DNA from: an uncultured Planctomycetales bacterium
GTDB lineage: Bacteria; Omnitrophota; Gorgyraeia; Zapsychrales; JAHFFX01
DNA length: 64,000 bases
Reading direction: 5' to 3'
NCBI GenBank assembly: GCA_964372915.1
Contig: CAYJRN010000001.1
Location: forward strand, 36,305-100,304
The notes under the pieces were generated by a model, which made no database searches, was not told the origin of the DNA, and saw nothing but the letters and a program-made list of their open reading frames with translations. The position numbers and the translations under genes are program-made. Positions 1-9,800 of the stretch are shown here, piece by piece; the stretch's first letter is position 1; the number at the start of each line of letters is the position of its first letter.

Positions 1-487
1 CGGCATTTCGGGAGCAGGAAAAAAACTTGTAAGTGATCTTCTGTTCGTTGAGGTTAACGAGAATTTTAAGGCCTACAAAGTTTTGAAGCATCAGCACGCG
101 CCCGAGATCAATTACTACTTGTCGCGCTTGAGCGGAAATCCTGTGAATGTCGCCTTTGTTCCGCATCTTTTGCCCATGAGCCAGGGAATTCTCGAGACGA
201 TTTACGTGCGGCTTAAAGATAAGTTATCGGTTGAGAAATTGCACGATATCTACACAAAATTTTATAAGACAGAGAAGTTTGTTCGGCTCATGGAACCCGG
301 CGTGCAACCGGAAGTCAAAAACGTGAGCGGCACCAATTATTGCGACCTTGGCTTCGAAGTCGATGCCGGTAAAAAACTCTTGGTCATTACCAGCGTCATT
401 GACAATTTAATGAAGGGGGCTGCCTCTCAGGCCGTGCAGAACATGAACATCATGTGTGGGTTCAAGGAAACGGAAGGTTTGGGATGA
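1..487 (+). CDS. argC: N-acetyl-gamma-glutamyl-phosphate reductase, C-terminal part (gene starts upstream of window)
   Basis: The translation ends in the conserved ArgC C-terminus (..VIDNLMKGAASQAVQNMNIMCGF..). The ORF is open to the window edge. Its stop overlaps the argJ start as ATGA. Confidence 0.8.
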   Translation, partial: GISGAGKKLVSDLLFVEVNENFKAYKVLKHQHAPEINYYLSRLSGNPVNVAFVPHLLPMSQGILETIYVRLKDKLSVEKLHDIYTKFYKTEKFVRLMEPGVQPEVKNVSGTNYCDLGFEVDAGKKLLVITSVIDNLMKGAASQAVQNMNIMCGFKETEGLG

Positions 488-1623
488 AGATTATCAAAGG
501 GGGAGTCAGTAGCGCGCGAGGGTTTACTGCCAACGGAATCTCCGCCGGCATCAAGCGTTCCGGGAAACTTGATTTGGCGCTCATCGTTTGTGATCACCCC
601 AGTCCTTGCGCGAGTGTGTTCACCAAAAATTCGATCAAGGCCGCACCGATTGTCGTCACGCAACAAAAAATGCGCGGCTCCCGAGCGCAGGCCGTGATCG
701 TTAACAGCGGCAACGCCAATTGTTTCACGGGTCAGTTCGGGATCCTTTATGCCCAAAAATCAACAGAAAGAATCGCAGAACTCTTAGGGATCAATGCCGA
801 TCATGTGCTCGTGGCCTCCACGGGAATCATCGGCAAGCCGCTTCCCTATCTGAAAATTGAAAGGGCCGCGCCGGCGCTGGTCAAAGCTTTAAGCAAGAAT
901 GGCGGAGGCAAAGCCGCCCGCGCGATTCTGACCACTGACCTGGTTCCCAAAGAGATTGCCGTGGAAATTAAGCTCGGCGGCAAAAAGGTTGTCATCGGCG
1001 CCTGTTCTAAAGGATCGGGCATGATCCAGCCCAACCTGGCCACGATGCTGTGTTTCATTACGACGGACGCGGCCATCAGCGCTAAACTTCTTAAGAAAGC
1101 CTTGGCGAATGCCGTTGATGCTTCGTTCAATTGCATTACGGTCGATGGGTGCATGAGCACGAACGACATGGTCACGATCATGGCGAGCGGGCTAGCCGGC
1201 AACCCAACGATTGCCCACGCCAATAAAGATTACGAAACGTTCTCTCAAGGCTTGAACTTTGTTTGTCTTAGTATGGCCAAAAAAATCATTGATGATGCCG
1301 AAGGAGGAACTAAATTTATCTGCGTCACCGTCACCGGCGCAAAAACCGAGCAACAGGCCAAAGCGGCCGCCATGGCGGTTGCGAATTCCAATTTAGTCAA
1401 GTGCGCCGCCTTTGCTTCAGATCCCAATTGGGGTCGGGTCGCGGCGGCCGTAGGCTCAGCGGGTTTGAACGTCACTGAGAAAAATTTGAAAATTCATTTC
1501 AGTTCTTTTAAAAAGAAAAACATCGACATTTTTGTAGATTTGAATTTAGGCAAAGAACAATCAACGGTGTATACCTCAGACCTATCATTGGAGTATGTGA
1601 AAATCAATGGACGATATAATTAA
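484..1623 (+). CDS. argJ: bifunctional glutamate N-acetyltransferase / ornithine acetyltransferase
   Basis: MKIIKGGVSSARGF..ATMLCFITTDAAI.. contains the ArgJ self-cleavage ATML/T motif. The start is chosen at MKII, which overlaps the argC stop; the track ORF begins 30 nt earlier. Confidence 0.85.
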   Translation: MKIIKGGVSSARGFTANGISAGIKRSGKLDLALIVCDHPSPCASVFTKNSIKAAPIVVTQQKMRGSRAQAVIVNSGNANCFTGQFGILYAQKSTERIAELLGINADHVLVASTGIIGKPLPYLKIERAAPALVKALSKNGGGKAARAILTTDLVPKEIAVEIKLGGKKVVIGACSKGSGMIQPNLATMLCFITTDAAISAKLLKKALANAVDASFNCITVDGCMSTNDMVTIMASGLAGNPTIAHANKDYETFSQGLNFVCLSMAKKIIDDAEGGTKFICVTVTGAKTEQQAKAAAMAVANSNLVKCAAFASDPNWGRVAAAVGSAGLNVTEKNLKIHFSSFKKKNIDIFVDLNLGKEQSTVYTSDLSLEYVKINGRYN

Positions 1624-2461
1624 AAAAGCCTCTGTTTTGGTAGAAGCGATTCCTTACATTCACGCCTTCCGTCGTAAAGTATTCGTCATTAAATACGGCG
1701 GCAGCATCCTCGATAACGCCGTTATTCGAAAGAACGTTCTTGAGGACATCGTATTTTTAAGTTACGTCGGGATCCGCACCATCTTAGTGCACGGCGGCGG
1801 ACCTCAGATTAGTACAAGGGTCAAAGAAAGCGGGCTCAAATCCGAATTCCATGATGGGATCCGGGTGACCGATGCCGATACGCTTAAGATCGTGAGCGAA
1901 GAACTGGAAAAACTCAACAAACAAATCGTGGCGGAGATCAAGGCCCTTAAAGGGGATGTTACCGGTTTAAAAGGTCAGGAGAATATCATTTACGTAGAAA
2001 AAAAACAGTCGGCCAAAGATTTGGGGTTCGTGGGAACGATCACCAAAATCAATCAGGACGCCATCGACCAGCATTTGAAAAAAGGCCACATCACGGTCGT
2101 TTCTCCGATGGGGATGACTCAGGAAAAACAAACACACAATGTCAATGCCGATGAGGTGGCCAGCGCCATTGCGGGGTCCTTGGAAGCCGAAAAATTTGTA
2201 CTCTTGACTAACGTCAAGGGAGTTTTGAGCAATCCTGAAGACCAGGAATCGCTCATTTCCAGTTTAACGGTTGATGAAGTCAACAACCTCATCAAGAAAA
2301 ATGTCATCTCGGGTGGAATGATCCCAAAAGTCAATTCCTGTGTTCAGGCCCTTCGTGGGGGCGTCAAAAAAACGCACATCGTTGATGCTCGGCTTCACCG
2401 CGCGTTACTCCTTGAGATCTTTACCGACCTTGGGGTTGGAACCCAGATCACCAAAGAATGA
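1607..2461 (+). CDS. argB: acetylglutamate kinase
   Basis: The VIKYGGS..VHGGGPQI.. amino-acid kinase signature is present, and the gene sits in arg-operon context. Confidence 0.85.
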   Translation: MDDIIKKASVLVEAIPYIHAFRRKVFVIKYGGSILDNAVIRKNVLEDIVFLSYVGIRTILVHGGGPQISTRVKESGLKSEFHDGIRVTDADTLKIVSEELEKLNKQIVAEIKALKGDVTGLKGQENIIYVEKKQSAKDLGFVGTITKINQDAIDQHLKKGHITVVSPMGMTQEKQTHNVNADEVASAIAGSLEAEKFVLLTNVKGVLSNPEDQESLISSLTVDEVNNLIKKNVISGGMIPKVNSCVQALRGGVKKTHIVDARLHRALLLEIFTDLGVGTQITKE

Positions 2462-3642
2462 AAAAAGACGATATCTTTGAGGCATACCAGACGCATGTTC
2501 TTTCGACGTATTCCCGGATGCCCGGTATTTTTGTGAAGGGCAAGGGAATGGACTTGATTGACTTGACGGGCAAGAAATTCTTGGATTTCTTTTCAGGCTG
2601 GGGTGTCAATAACGTCGGCCACTGCCATCCGAAAGTGATGTCGGCGGTGCGCAATCAAATTGGGAAACTCATTTTTGTTCCCAATAATCTTTATCATCCC
2701 GGCCAAGCCAAACTGGCCAAAGAAATTGTACGCTGGTCGTTCCCCGCGAAAGTTTTTTTCTGTAATAGCGGGGCGGAGTCCATCGAGGCGGCCATCAAAT
2801 TTTCCCGCGCGTATGGTAAGGGAGAGCGCTTTGAAATCATTACCATGCTCAATTCCTTCCATGGCCGGACCATGGGCGCCATTTCAGCAACCGGGCAGAA
2901 GCAATATCAGGAAGATTTTCATCCGCTCCTGGAAGGATTCAAGCACGTTCCATTGAATGACCTTGGCGCGCTTAAAAATGCAATCACCGATAAAACGATT
3001 GCTATCTTGCTCGAGCCGGTGCAGGGGGAAGGCGGAATCTATGTGGCCACGGCCGAATACATGAAAGAAATTCGCCGGATCTGTGATGAGAAAAACATTC
3101 TTCTTATCTTGGATGAAGTCCAGACCGGCATGGGCCGCACCGGAGAAATGTTTTGTTTCAAGCATTATGGTATTGTTCCGGATTTGATGATCCTGGCCAA
3201 ATCCTTAGGGGGCGGACTTCCCATCGGAGCGCTGGTTGTCAAAAAAGAATTGGCGGAAACGCTAAAACCAGGCATGCACGCTTCGACCTTCGGCGGCAGT
3301 CCTTTGATTTGCCAAGCCAGCCTCGGAGCTTTTAAGGCGATTGAAAAAGACAAGATGCTGAAAAATGTGAAAGTGATGAGCCCCACCTTGATGCAGAAAG
3401 CTCTCGATTTAAAGCAAAAATACGAATGCATCACGGAAGTTCGGGGTTTGGGACTTATGGTCGGAATTCAATTGAATAAAGAAGGCAAATCCATCGTTAA
3501 TGAATGCTTCACTAACGGGCTCATCATCAATTGCACACAAACAACCGTGCTGCGGCTCATGCCGGCTTTGAATGTAACGAAGAAACAGATCAACAAGGCG
3601 TTTTATATCCTTGAGCGGGCCTTCGCGAAAGTGATGAAGTAG
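2458..3642 (+). CDS. argD: acetylornithine aminotransferase (class III PLP aminotransferase)
   Basis: Class III aminotransferase motifs (..ILDEVQTGMGRTG.., lysine in ..AKSLGGGLPIGA..). It is translationally coupled to argB. Confidence 0.8.
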   Translation: MKKDDIFEAYQTHVLSTYSRMPGIFVKGKGMDLIDLTGKKFLDFFSGWGVNNVGHCHPKVMSAVRNQIGKLIFVPNNLYHPGQAKLAKEIVRWSFPAKVFFCNSGAESIEAAIKFSRAYGKGERFEIITMLNSFHGRTMGAISATGQKQYQEDFHPLLEGFKHVPLNDLGALKNAITDKTIAILLEPVQGEGGIYVATAEYMKEIRRICDEKNILLILDEVQTGMGRTGEMFCFKHYGIVPDLMILAKSLGGGLPIGALVVKKELAETLKPGMHASTFGGSPLICQASLGAFKAIEKDKMLKNVKVMSPTLMQKALDLKQKYECITEVRGLGLMVGIQLNKEGKSIVNECFTNGLIINCTQTTVLRLMPALNVTKKQINKAFYILERAFAKVMK

Positions 3643-3643
3643 T

Positions 3644-4561
3644 ATGAACAGGAATCTTATCAACATCGAAGACTTGAATCCGCCAGAGGTCAGCCAATTG
3701 CTCGAACTCACGAGGGAACTTAAAAGTAAAAAAGGACAAAAGTCCCGGGAGTTGGAAGGCAAGACCATCGCCCTTTTGTTCCAGAAACCGTCCAATCGCA
3801 CGCGGGTTTCATTTGAAGTCGGCATCTGGCAGTTGGGGGGAAACTGCTTGTACTTGAGTCCCCGGGAAATCCAACTGGGAGAACGCGAGTCGGTCGCGGA
3901 TGTTGCCCGGACGCTTTCGCGTTTTGTCGATGGGATCGTAGCCCGCACCAATGCGCACCAGGATGTCGTCGATTTGGCGCGTTACGCGGGGGTGCCTATC
4001 ATCAACGGCCTTTCGGATCTGCAGCATCCCTGCCAGGCCTTGGCGGATCTGTTCACGATTCTCGAAAAATTAAATACCCTCAAAGGTATTAAGGTCGCGT
4101 ACGTAGGTGATGGGAATAATAATGTCTGCCACTCGCTGATAGTTGGCTGCGCGCTCACCGGGGCACACATAACCGTGGCGTCTCCTAAAAAATACGAACC
4201 GCTTTCTAGAATCGTTGCCCAGGCAAAGAGAATTGCGAAAGGCGCCTTAAGTGAAGTCACGCTGACTGATGATCCGCAAAAGGCCGTGAAGGGTGCGCGT
4301 ATTATTTACGCCGATACTTTTGTCAGTATGGGACAGGAGGAAGGAGCCCAAAAACGCTTGAAAGACCTCAAAAATTATCAGGTCAATGCTAAGCTTACAA
4401 AACTTGCGGACAAAAATTATTATTTCATGCATTGTCTACCGGCGCATCGCGGGCAAGAAGTCACGGAAGACATTATCGACGGTCCGCACTCAATCATCTT
4501 TGAGCAGGCAGAAAACCGTTTGCATGTTCAAAAAGCTATTTTGAAATTTTTATATAAATAA
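3644..4561 (+). CDS. argF: ornithine carbamoyltransferase
   Basis: STRTR carbamoyl-phosphate motif and HCLPAHRGQEV ornithine-binding motif are both present. Confidence 0.85.
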   Translation: MNRNLINIEDLNPPEVSQLLELTRELKSKKGQKSRELEGKTIALLFQKPSNRTRVSFEVGIWQLGGNCLYLSPREIQLGERESVADVARTLSRFVDGIVARTNAHQDVVDLARYAGVPIINGLSDLQHPCQALADLFTILEKLNTLKGIKVAYVGDGNNNVCHSLIVGCALTGAHITVASPKKYEPLSRIVAQAKRIAKGALSEVTLTDDPQKAVKGARIIYADTFVSMGQEEGAQKRLKDLKNYQVNAKLTKLADKNYYFMHCLPAHRGQEVTEDIIDGPHSIIFEQAENRLHVQKAILKFLYK

Positions 4562-4577
4562 AAGAAGGAATGTCTCT

Positions 4578-4859
4578 ATGGGTTTATTGTTCGAATGGGA
4601 CAATGATAAAGCAAAGAAGAATCTAGAAAAACATGCTGTTTCTTTTGAGGAGGCGGCGACTGTTTTTGAAGATTCGTGGTCTATCACAATTCTTGATCCA
4701 ATTCATTCTTTAGTTGAAGACCGCTTCGTTATTCTTGGTCATTCACACAAACATCGATTACTGGTTGTAGCGCATACTGAACGAGGTGATCATATTCAAA
4801 TCATCAGTGTCCGCAGATCAACTAAAAAAGAGAGGGAAGATCATGAAAAAAATAGCTAA
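4578..4859 (+). CDS. brnT: BrnT-family type II toxin (DUF497)
   Basis: 93 aa. ..EWDNDKAKKNLEKHAVSFEEAATVFED..RFVILGHSHKHRLLVVAHTERGDHIQIISVRRSTKKE matches the BrnT fold signature. Confidence 0.75.
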   Translation: MGLLFEWDNDKAKKNLEKHAVSFEEAATVFEDSWSITILDPIHSLVEDRFVILGHSHKHRLLVVAHTERGDHIQIISVRRSTKKEREDHEKNS

Positions 4860-5061
4860 AAAAAATGGCGGGCAGGACATTTTACCGGAGTACGATTTTT
4901 CCTCGGGAGTCAGAGGAAAGTATACAAAACGATTTAAAGAAGGAACAAACGTAGTCATTCTTGATCAAGATGTCGCAAGAGTATTTCACGACAGGATATC
5001 CGTCAATGCGGCCCTGCGGGCTCTGGTAAAAATCATCCACCATCAAGAGCAAAAAATTTAA
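4843..5061 (+). CDS. brnA: BrnA-family antitoxin (RHH-type)
   Basis: 72 aa from the internal ATG at 4843, which overlaps the brnT stop. ..ILPEYDFSSGVRGKYTKRF.. is a typical BrnA motif. The ORF track extends the frame back to 4786. Confidence 0.65.
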   Translation: MKKIAKKNGGQDILPEYDFSSGVRGKYTKRFKEGTNVVILDQDVARVFHDRISVNAALRALVKIIHHQEQKI

Positions 5062-5095
5062 TTGGATGACCAAGCTTTAAGCAAAGGAATATACC

Positions 5096-6259
5096 ATGAA
5101 AAAAGTTGTTTTAGCTTATTCGGGAGGGCTGGACACCTCCTGCGCCATTCCCTGGCTGAAAGATAAAGGCTACGACGTCATCGCCATGATTGCTGACCTC
5201 GGGCAAGAAGAAAATTTCGATGAGATCCGTGCGCGCGCTCTTAAGACGGGTGCAAGTAAAGTTTATATCCTGGACCTTAAGAAAGAATTCGTCGAAAAAT
5301 ATGTTTTTGCGGCCCTTAAGGCCGGAGCGGTCTATGAGCGGAAATATTTTATGGCCACCTCACTCTCCCGGCCCATCATCGCCAAGTATCAAGTTAAGGT
5401 CGCGCACAAGGAAAAGGCCGATGCGATTGCGCACGGATGTACCGGCAAGGGCAATGATCAGGTCCGTTTTGAAGTCACGGCCAAACTTCTTGATCCCGAG
5501 CTTGAAACAATCGCACCTTTAAGGATGTGGGAATTCAAAACTCGGGATGAGGAAATTGATTACCTCAAGTCCAAAGGCGTTACCATGGAAGTCACGAAAA
5601 AGAAACCCTATTCCATCGATAAAAATATTTATGGAATGAGCATCGAGGCCGGAATCCTGGAAGATCCCTGGGTCGAACCGCCGGAGGACATTTATCAAAT
5701 GACCGCGTCACCGGAAAAAGCCTCTAAAAAACCGACCTACATTGAAATCGAATTCGAAAAAGGAATTCCCAAGAAGATCGATGGGAAATTCTTAAACGGT
5801 GTCGAACTCTTGAAAAAGCTCAATCAATTAGGCGACAAGAACGGCATTGGGCGCGTTGATATGGTCGAGAATCGCCTGGTTGGGATTAAGTCTCGCGAAA
5901 TTTATGAATGCCCTGCGGGAACAATTCTTTATCACGCGCATCAGGAATTGGAAGCCATGGTACTGGATCGAGAAACCATGCATTATAAACAAGGGGTGGC
6001 GCTCAAATACGCCGATCTCATTTATTATGGACTTTGGGAAACGCCGCTTAAAAAACAACTGGACCAATACATTGAAGAAACGCAAAAACGGGTGACGGGA
6101 ATCGTTCGCCTCAAACTTTACAAAGGCAATTGCACCGTGGTGGGGCGTAAGTCGCCGTATTCCCGATATAAAGAAGAATTGGCCACGTATGGCAAGAAGG
6201 ATACCTTCGACCAAAAGTTGGCCGAAGGGTTCATTAAGATTTGGGGAATGCCTTACTGA
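5096..6259 (+). CDS. argG: argininosuccinate synthase
   Basis: MKKVVLAYSGGLDTS PP-loop ATPase start with overall ArgG length and motifs. Confidence 0.9.
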   Translation: MKKVVLAYSGGLDTSCAIPWLKDKGYDVIAMIADLGQEENFDEIRARALKTGASKVYILDLKKEFVEKYVFAALKAGAVYERKYFMATSLSRPIIAKYQVKVAHKEKADAIAHGCTGKGNDQVRFEVTAKLLDPELETIAPLRMWEFKTRDEEIDYLKSKGVTMEVTKKKPYSIDKNIYGMSIEAGILEDPWVEPPEDIYQMTASPEKASKKPTYIEIEFEKGIPKKIDGKFLNGVELLKKLNQLGDKNGIGRVDMVENRLVGIKSREIYECPAGTILYHAHQELEAMVLDRETMHYKQGVALKYADLIYYGLWETPLKKQLDQYIEETQKRVTGIVRLKLYKGNCTVVGRKSPYSRYKEELATYGKKDTFDQKLAEGFIKIWGMPY

Positions 6260-6333
6260 TTGTGTCACGTGTCACGTTTCATGTGTTACGTGACACTTAA
6301 CACGTAACACATAACACAAAAAAGGACTTTAAT
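6260..6333. repeat. intergenic cluster of ACGT-core short direct and inverted repeats between argG and argH
   Basis: tgtGTCACGTGTCACGTttcatgtGTTACGTGACACttAACACGTAACACataacac: GTCACGT twice in direct orientation plus the inverted ACGTGAC, and GTTACGTG with the inverted CACGTAAC. Confidence 0.6.
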
Positions 6334-7689
6334 ATGAGCTCTAAACTCTGGGGTGGACGGTTCACCAAAAAAACAAATCCTCTGGTGGAGGAATTCACAA
6401 AGTCCATTCATTTCGATAAAAAGCTCGCGGAATGCGATTGTATTGGCTCATTGGTACAAATCAATATTCTTAAAAAAGCGAATCTTTTGACAGTGAAGGA
6501 ACACAAAATACTGCGAGAAGGACTCGATGAGATCCTGGCCTCGGTCCGTAAGGGTAAATTCCGGATCGATGAATCCTTCGAGGACATTCACACCTACATC
6601 CAGCATCTCTTGGAAAAAAAAGTGGGGAAGGTTGCCTTGAAATTACACACCTGTCGATCTCGTAACGACCAAGTCGTTTTCGATATGAAATTCTATTGCC
6701 TAGAACGTCTTACTAGCACCATGGAACTGATAGCAAGCTTCCAGAAATCTTTAGCAAAGATGGCAACTGATCACGTTGGGACTTTCATGCCCGGCTATAC
6801 GCACTTGCAACATGCCATTCCTATTCATCTTGTGACATATTTGTCGAGCTATATGAAAATGTTTCACTCTGATTGGAAACGGCTTAAAAATATTTTTAAT
6901 AACATCGAATTAACGCTTGGGGCGGGGGCGTTAGCGGGAACATTTATAGAGTCCCGCCACTATAACGAAGCCGTTAAATTACTATTCTTAAATAAAAAAG
7001 AATGGATTAAACCATCAACCAATTCTATATATACCGTTAGCGATAGGGATTTCGTTATTGAAATTTTGAGTGCCTTGTCTATTCTTGGCATGCACCTGTC
7101 GCGCCTTTCAGAGGATTTTATTCTGTGGTCGACTAAAGAGTTTGACTTCATTAATATTGATGAATCGTTTTGCACGGGAAGTTCCTTGATGCCGCAAAAA
7201 AAGAATCCCGATGTCCTCGAGTTGATTCGAGGTTATACCGGGAAACTCTACGGGAATCTGCTGAACGTTCTGGTTATGATGAAGGGGTTGCCCATGTCCT
7301 ACAACCGCGACATGCAGCACGATAAGGAGCCGCTCTTTGACTCCTTTGAAATCGTCCAAAGCGAACTTAAAGTTTTGACGGAGCTCTTGAAAAACGTCAC
7401 CTTCAAAAAAAGTAGCATCGAAAAGCAGCTCGATGACGAATCGTTATATGCTACTGATCTCTCGGATTATCTGGTACAACAAGGTGTCGCTTTTAAGGAA
7501 GCGCATACGATCATCGGACGGCTCATCGCGTTCAAATTGAAAAAACAAAAAGACATTATCCGGATGAGCGCGGAAGAATTAAAACAGTTTCATCCTCTTT
7601 TGACTCCTGCGGTGATAAAAAAGCTGATTGATCCGGAATACTCCGTGAACTCGAAGAAATCCGTTCGAAAAAGCTTTAAAAAGGTTTAA
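6334..7689 (+). CDS. argH: argininosuccinate lyase
   Basis: MSSKLWGGRF.. start and the fumarase/aspartase family signature (GSSLMPQKKNPD). Confidence 0.9.
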   Translation: MSSKLWGGRFTKKTNPLVEEFTKSIHFDKKLAECDCIGSLVQINILKKANLLTVKEHKILREGLDEILASVRKGKFRIDESFEDIHTYIQHLLEKKVGKVALKLHTCRSRNDQVVFDMKFYCLERLTSTMELIASFQKSLAKMATDHVGTFMPGYTHLQHAIPIHLVTYLSSYMKMFHSDWKRLKNIFNNIELTLGAGALAGTFIESRHYNEAVKLLFLNKKEWIKPSTNSIYTVSDRDFVIEILSALSILGMHLSRLSEDFILWSTKEFDFINIDESFCTGSSLMPQKKNPDVLELIRGYTGKLYGNLLNVLVMMKGLPMSYNRDMQHDKEPLFDSFEIVQSELKVLTELLKNVTFKKSSIEKQLDDESLYATDLSDYLVQQGVAFKEAHTIIGRLIAFKLKKQKDIIRMSAEELKQFHPLLTPAVIKKLIDPEYSVNSKKSVRKSFKKV

Positions 7690-7693
7690 TCTC

Positions 7694-8950
7694 ATGCATG
7701 ATTTCAAATTTAAAAATGACGAGCTGTACTGCGAAGATGTAAAAGTGTCGGCCATCGCAAAAAAGGTAGGCACGCCGTTTTACTTGTACAGCCACCACAC
7801 GCTCGTGGACCATTTTACCAAGATCGAGAAGGCCTTTGCGCCGGTCAATCCTTTGATTTGTTTCGCGATGAAGGCCAACGGCAACTTGGCGGTCTTGAAA
7901 ACCCTTCTCAATCAGGGCGCCGGGGTCGACATTGTTTCGGTCGGGGAACTGCGTAAAGCGCTCAAAGTCAAAGCCAACCCTGAGAAGATCGTCTTTGCCT
8001 CGGTGGGCAAGACCGAAGAGGAAATCGCCTTCGCGATCAAAACCGGAATACTATTTTTTAACGTGGAATCCGTTCCGGAATTAGAAGAGATCAATCGCGT
8101 TGCCAAGAAACTTAAGACCAAAACCCACGTGGCCTTACGGGTTAATCCGGACGTCGAGACCGGCACGCACAGTTTCATCACGACGGGAACGCTCAAAAAA
8201 AAATTTGGGATCGATCTGCGCTCAACCCGCGAAATCTTGAAAGCGCAAAAGCAGTATCCGTTTATAAAAATTAACGGGCTTCATATCCACATCGGGTCGC
8301 AGCTCACGAGTAAGGATCCCTTCGTTACGGCCATTGGCAAGATCATTGAATTTATTGAAACTTTAAAAAAAGATGGGATTCATATAGAATACCTCGATAT
8401 CGGAGGCGGGATGGGGATCATCTACAAGGATGAAAAGCCCCAGACCGCGCAGGAGTACGCGGATGCGGTTTTGCCGCTCCTTAAAAACAGCGGACTCAAA
8501 ATTATCATGGAGCCGGGAAGATTTATCGTGGGTAACGCCGGCATTTTCGTCACCAAGGTCTTGTACATCAAAAATAACGGCTACAAAAAATTCATCATTG
8601 TTGATGGGGGGATGAATGACCTCATCCGACCATCGTTGTACGACGCTTATCACGAAATTGTTCCACTGAAACAGCAGGCAGCCAGAAAAGATCAATTCGA
8701 TGTGGTAGGTCCGGTATGTGAAAGCGGCGACTTCTTCGCGCAGGACCGGGAGTTGCCGGTCGTTCAAAAGGGAGAGCTTCTGGCCGTCATGAGCGCCGGG
8801 GCCTACGGATACGTGATGTCCAGTAACTATAATGCCCGCGGCCGCGTGGCTGAAATTTTGGTCAAAGGTAACAAATATTCCGTCGTTAAAGAACGCGAAA
8901 CATTTCAAGACCTTGTCAGAGGGGAAAAGATACCCGCATTCTTAAAATAA
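7694..8950 (+). CDS. lysA: diaminopimelate decarboxylase
   Basis: Orn/DAP decarboxylase fold motifs (..FAMKANGN.., ..GPVCESGD..) and length match LysA. Confidence 0.85.
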   Translation: MHDFKFKNDELYCEDVKVSAIAKKVGTPFYLYSHHTLVDHFTKIEKAFAPVNPLICFAMKANGNLAVLKTLLNQGAGVDIVSVGELRKALKVKANPEKIVFASVGKTEEEIAFAIKTGILFFNVESVPELEEINRVAKKLKTKTHVALRVNPDVETGTHSFITTGTLKKKFGIDLRSTREILKAQKQYPFIKINGLHIHIGSQLTSKDPFVTAIGKIIEFIETLKKDGIHIEYLDIGGGMGIIYKDEKPQTAQEYADAVLPLLKNSGLKIIMEPGRFIVGNAGIFVTKVLYIKNNGYKKFIIVDGGMNDLIRPSLYDAYHEIVPLKQQAARKDQFDVVGPVCESGDFFAQDRELPVVQKGELLAVMSAGAYGYVMSSNYNARGRVAEILVKGNKYSVVKERETFQDLVRGEKIPAFLK

Positions 8951-8951
8951 A

Positions 8952-9800
8952 ATGAACAGAATTCCATTCACAAAAATGGTCGGGGCAGGCAATGATTTTA
9001 TCGTGATTGATCTCATAGGGGCACGGCCTGCCGTGCCCCTACAACCAAATCGATTACGGAACCTGGCGATTAAAATGTGCGCCCGCGAAACCGGCATCGG
9101 TGCCGACGGATTGTTGATCCTTGATAAATCGAAGAAAGCCGATTACCGCATGCGTGTCATCAATGCGGACGGCTCGGAAGCGGAGATGTGCGGTAACGGT
9201 GCGCGTTGCCTGGCCGTTTACATCGCCCACAACAAGAAACCGAAGAAAAAATCGTTCACGATCAAAACACTCTCCGGCATTCTTCTGGGAGAGGCCAAGG
9301 ATGAAACCGCCGCTGTGCGTTTAAGCGACCCTAAGGATTATCAGCCGAACATCAACATTCTGGTCAACGATCAGAGAAGAACGGTAAGTTATATCGACAC
9401 GGGGGTTCCGCATACGATCCTTTTTGTGGACAGCCTTGACAAAATCGACGTGAACACCCTCGGCCCGCTCATCCGCAACCATCCGCGCTTCGCGCCGCGG
9501 GGAACCAACGTCAACTTCGTTGAACAAATCGGCAAGGACATGGTGGCCGTGAGAACCTACGAGCGGGGCGTGGAAGCTGAAACCAAGGCCTGCGGGACGG
9601 GAAGCGTGGCTGCGGGAATCGTTGGTTTCTTGAAATCCCATGCGGGCACGCACATAAAAGAAAAAGCCTCGATGAAAGTATTGACCAAAAGCACAGAGGT
9701 TTTGAACGTTTCCTTTAAACTCCAAAATAACCATATCACCAACGTGTGGCTAAAGGGGAGTGCCAAATTCATCGCGAAGGGAGAATATTACTATGTTTAA
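8952..9800 (+). CDS. dapF: diaminopimelate epimerase
   Basis: ..GAGNDFIVID.. and ..MCGNGARC.. catalytic cysteine motifs. It carries an in-frame GC-rich palindrome insertion at 9016-9041. Confidence 0.85.
   Translation: MNRIPFTKMVGAGNDFIVIDLIGARPAVPLQPNRLRNLAIKMCARETGIGADGLLILDKSKKADYRMRVINADGSEAEMCGNGARCLAVYIAHNKKPKKKSFTIKTLSGILLGEAKDETAAVRLSDPKDYQPNINILVNDQRRTVSYIDTGVPHTILFVDSLDKIDVNTLGPLIRNHPRFAPRGTNVNFVEQIGKDMVAVRTYERGVEAETKACGTGSVAAGIVGFLKSHAGTHIKEKASMKVLTKSTEVLNVSFKLQNNHITNVWLKGSAKFIAKGEYYYV
9016..9041. repeat. GC-rich palindrome TAGGGGCACGG-cctg-CCGTGCCCCTA embedded in-frame in dapF
   Basis: The same 11-bp arms recur at 39377-39403. Here they encode ..IGARPAVPLQ.. within DapF. Confidence 0.7.
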
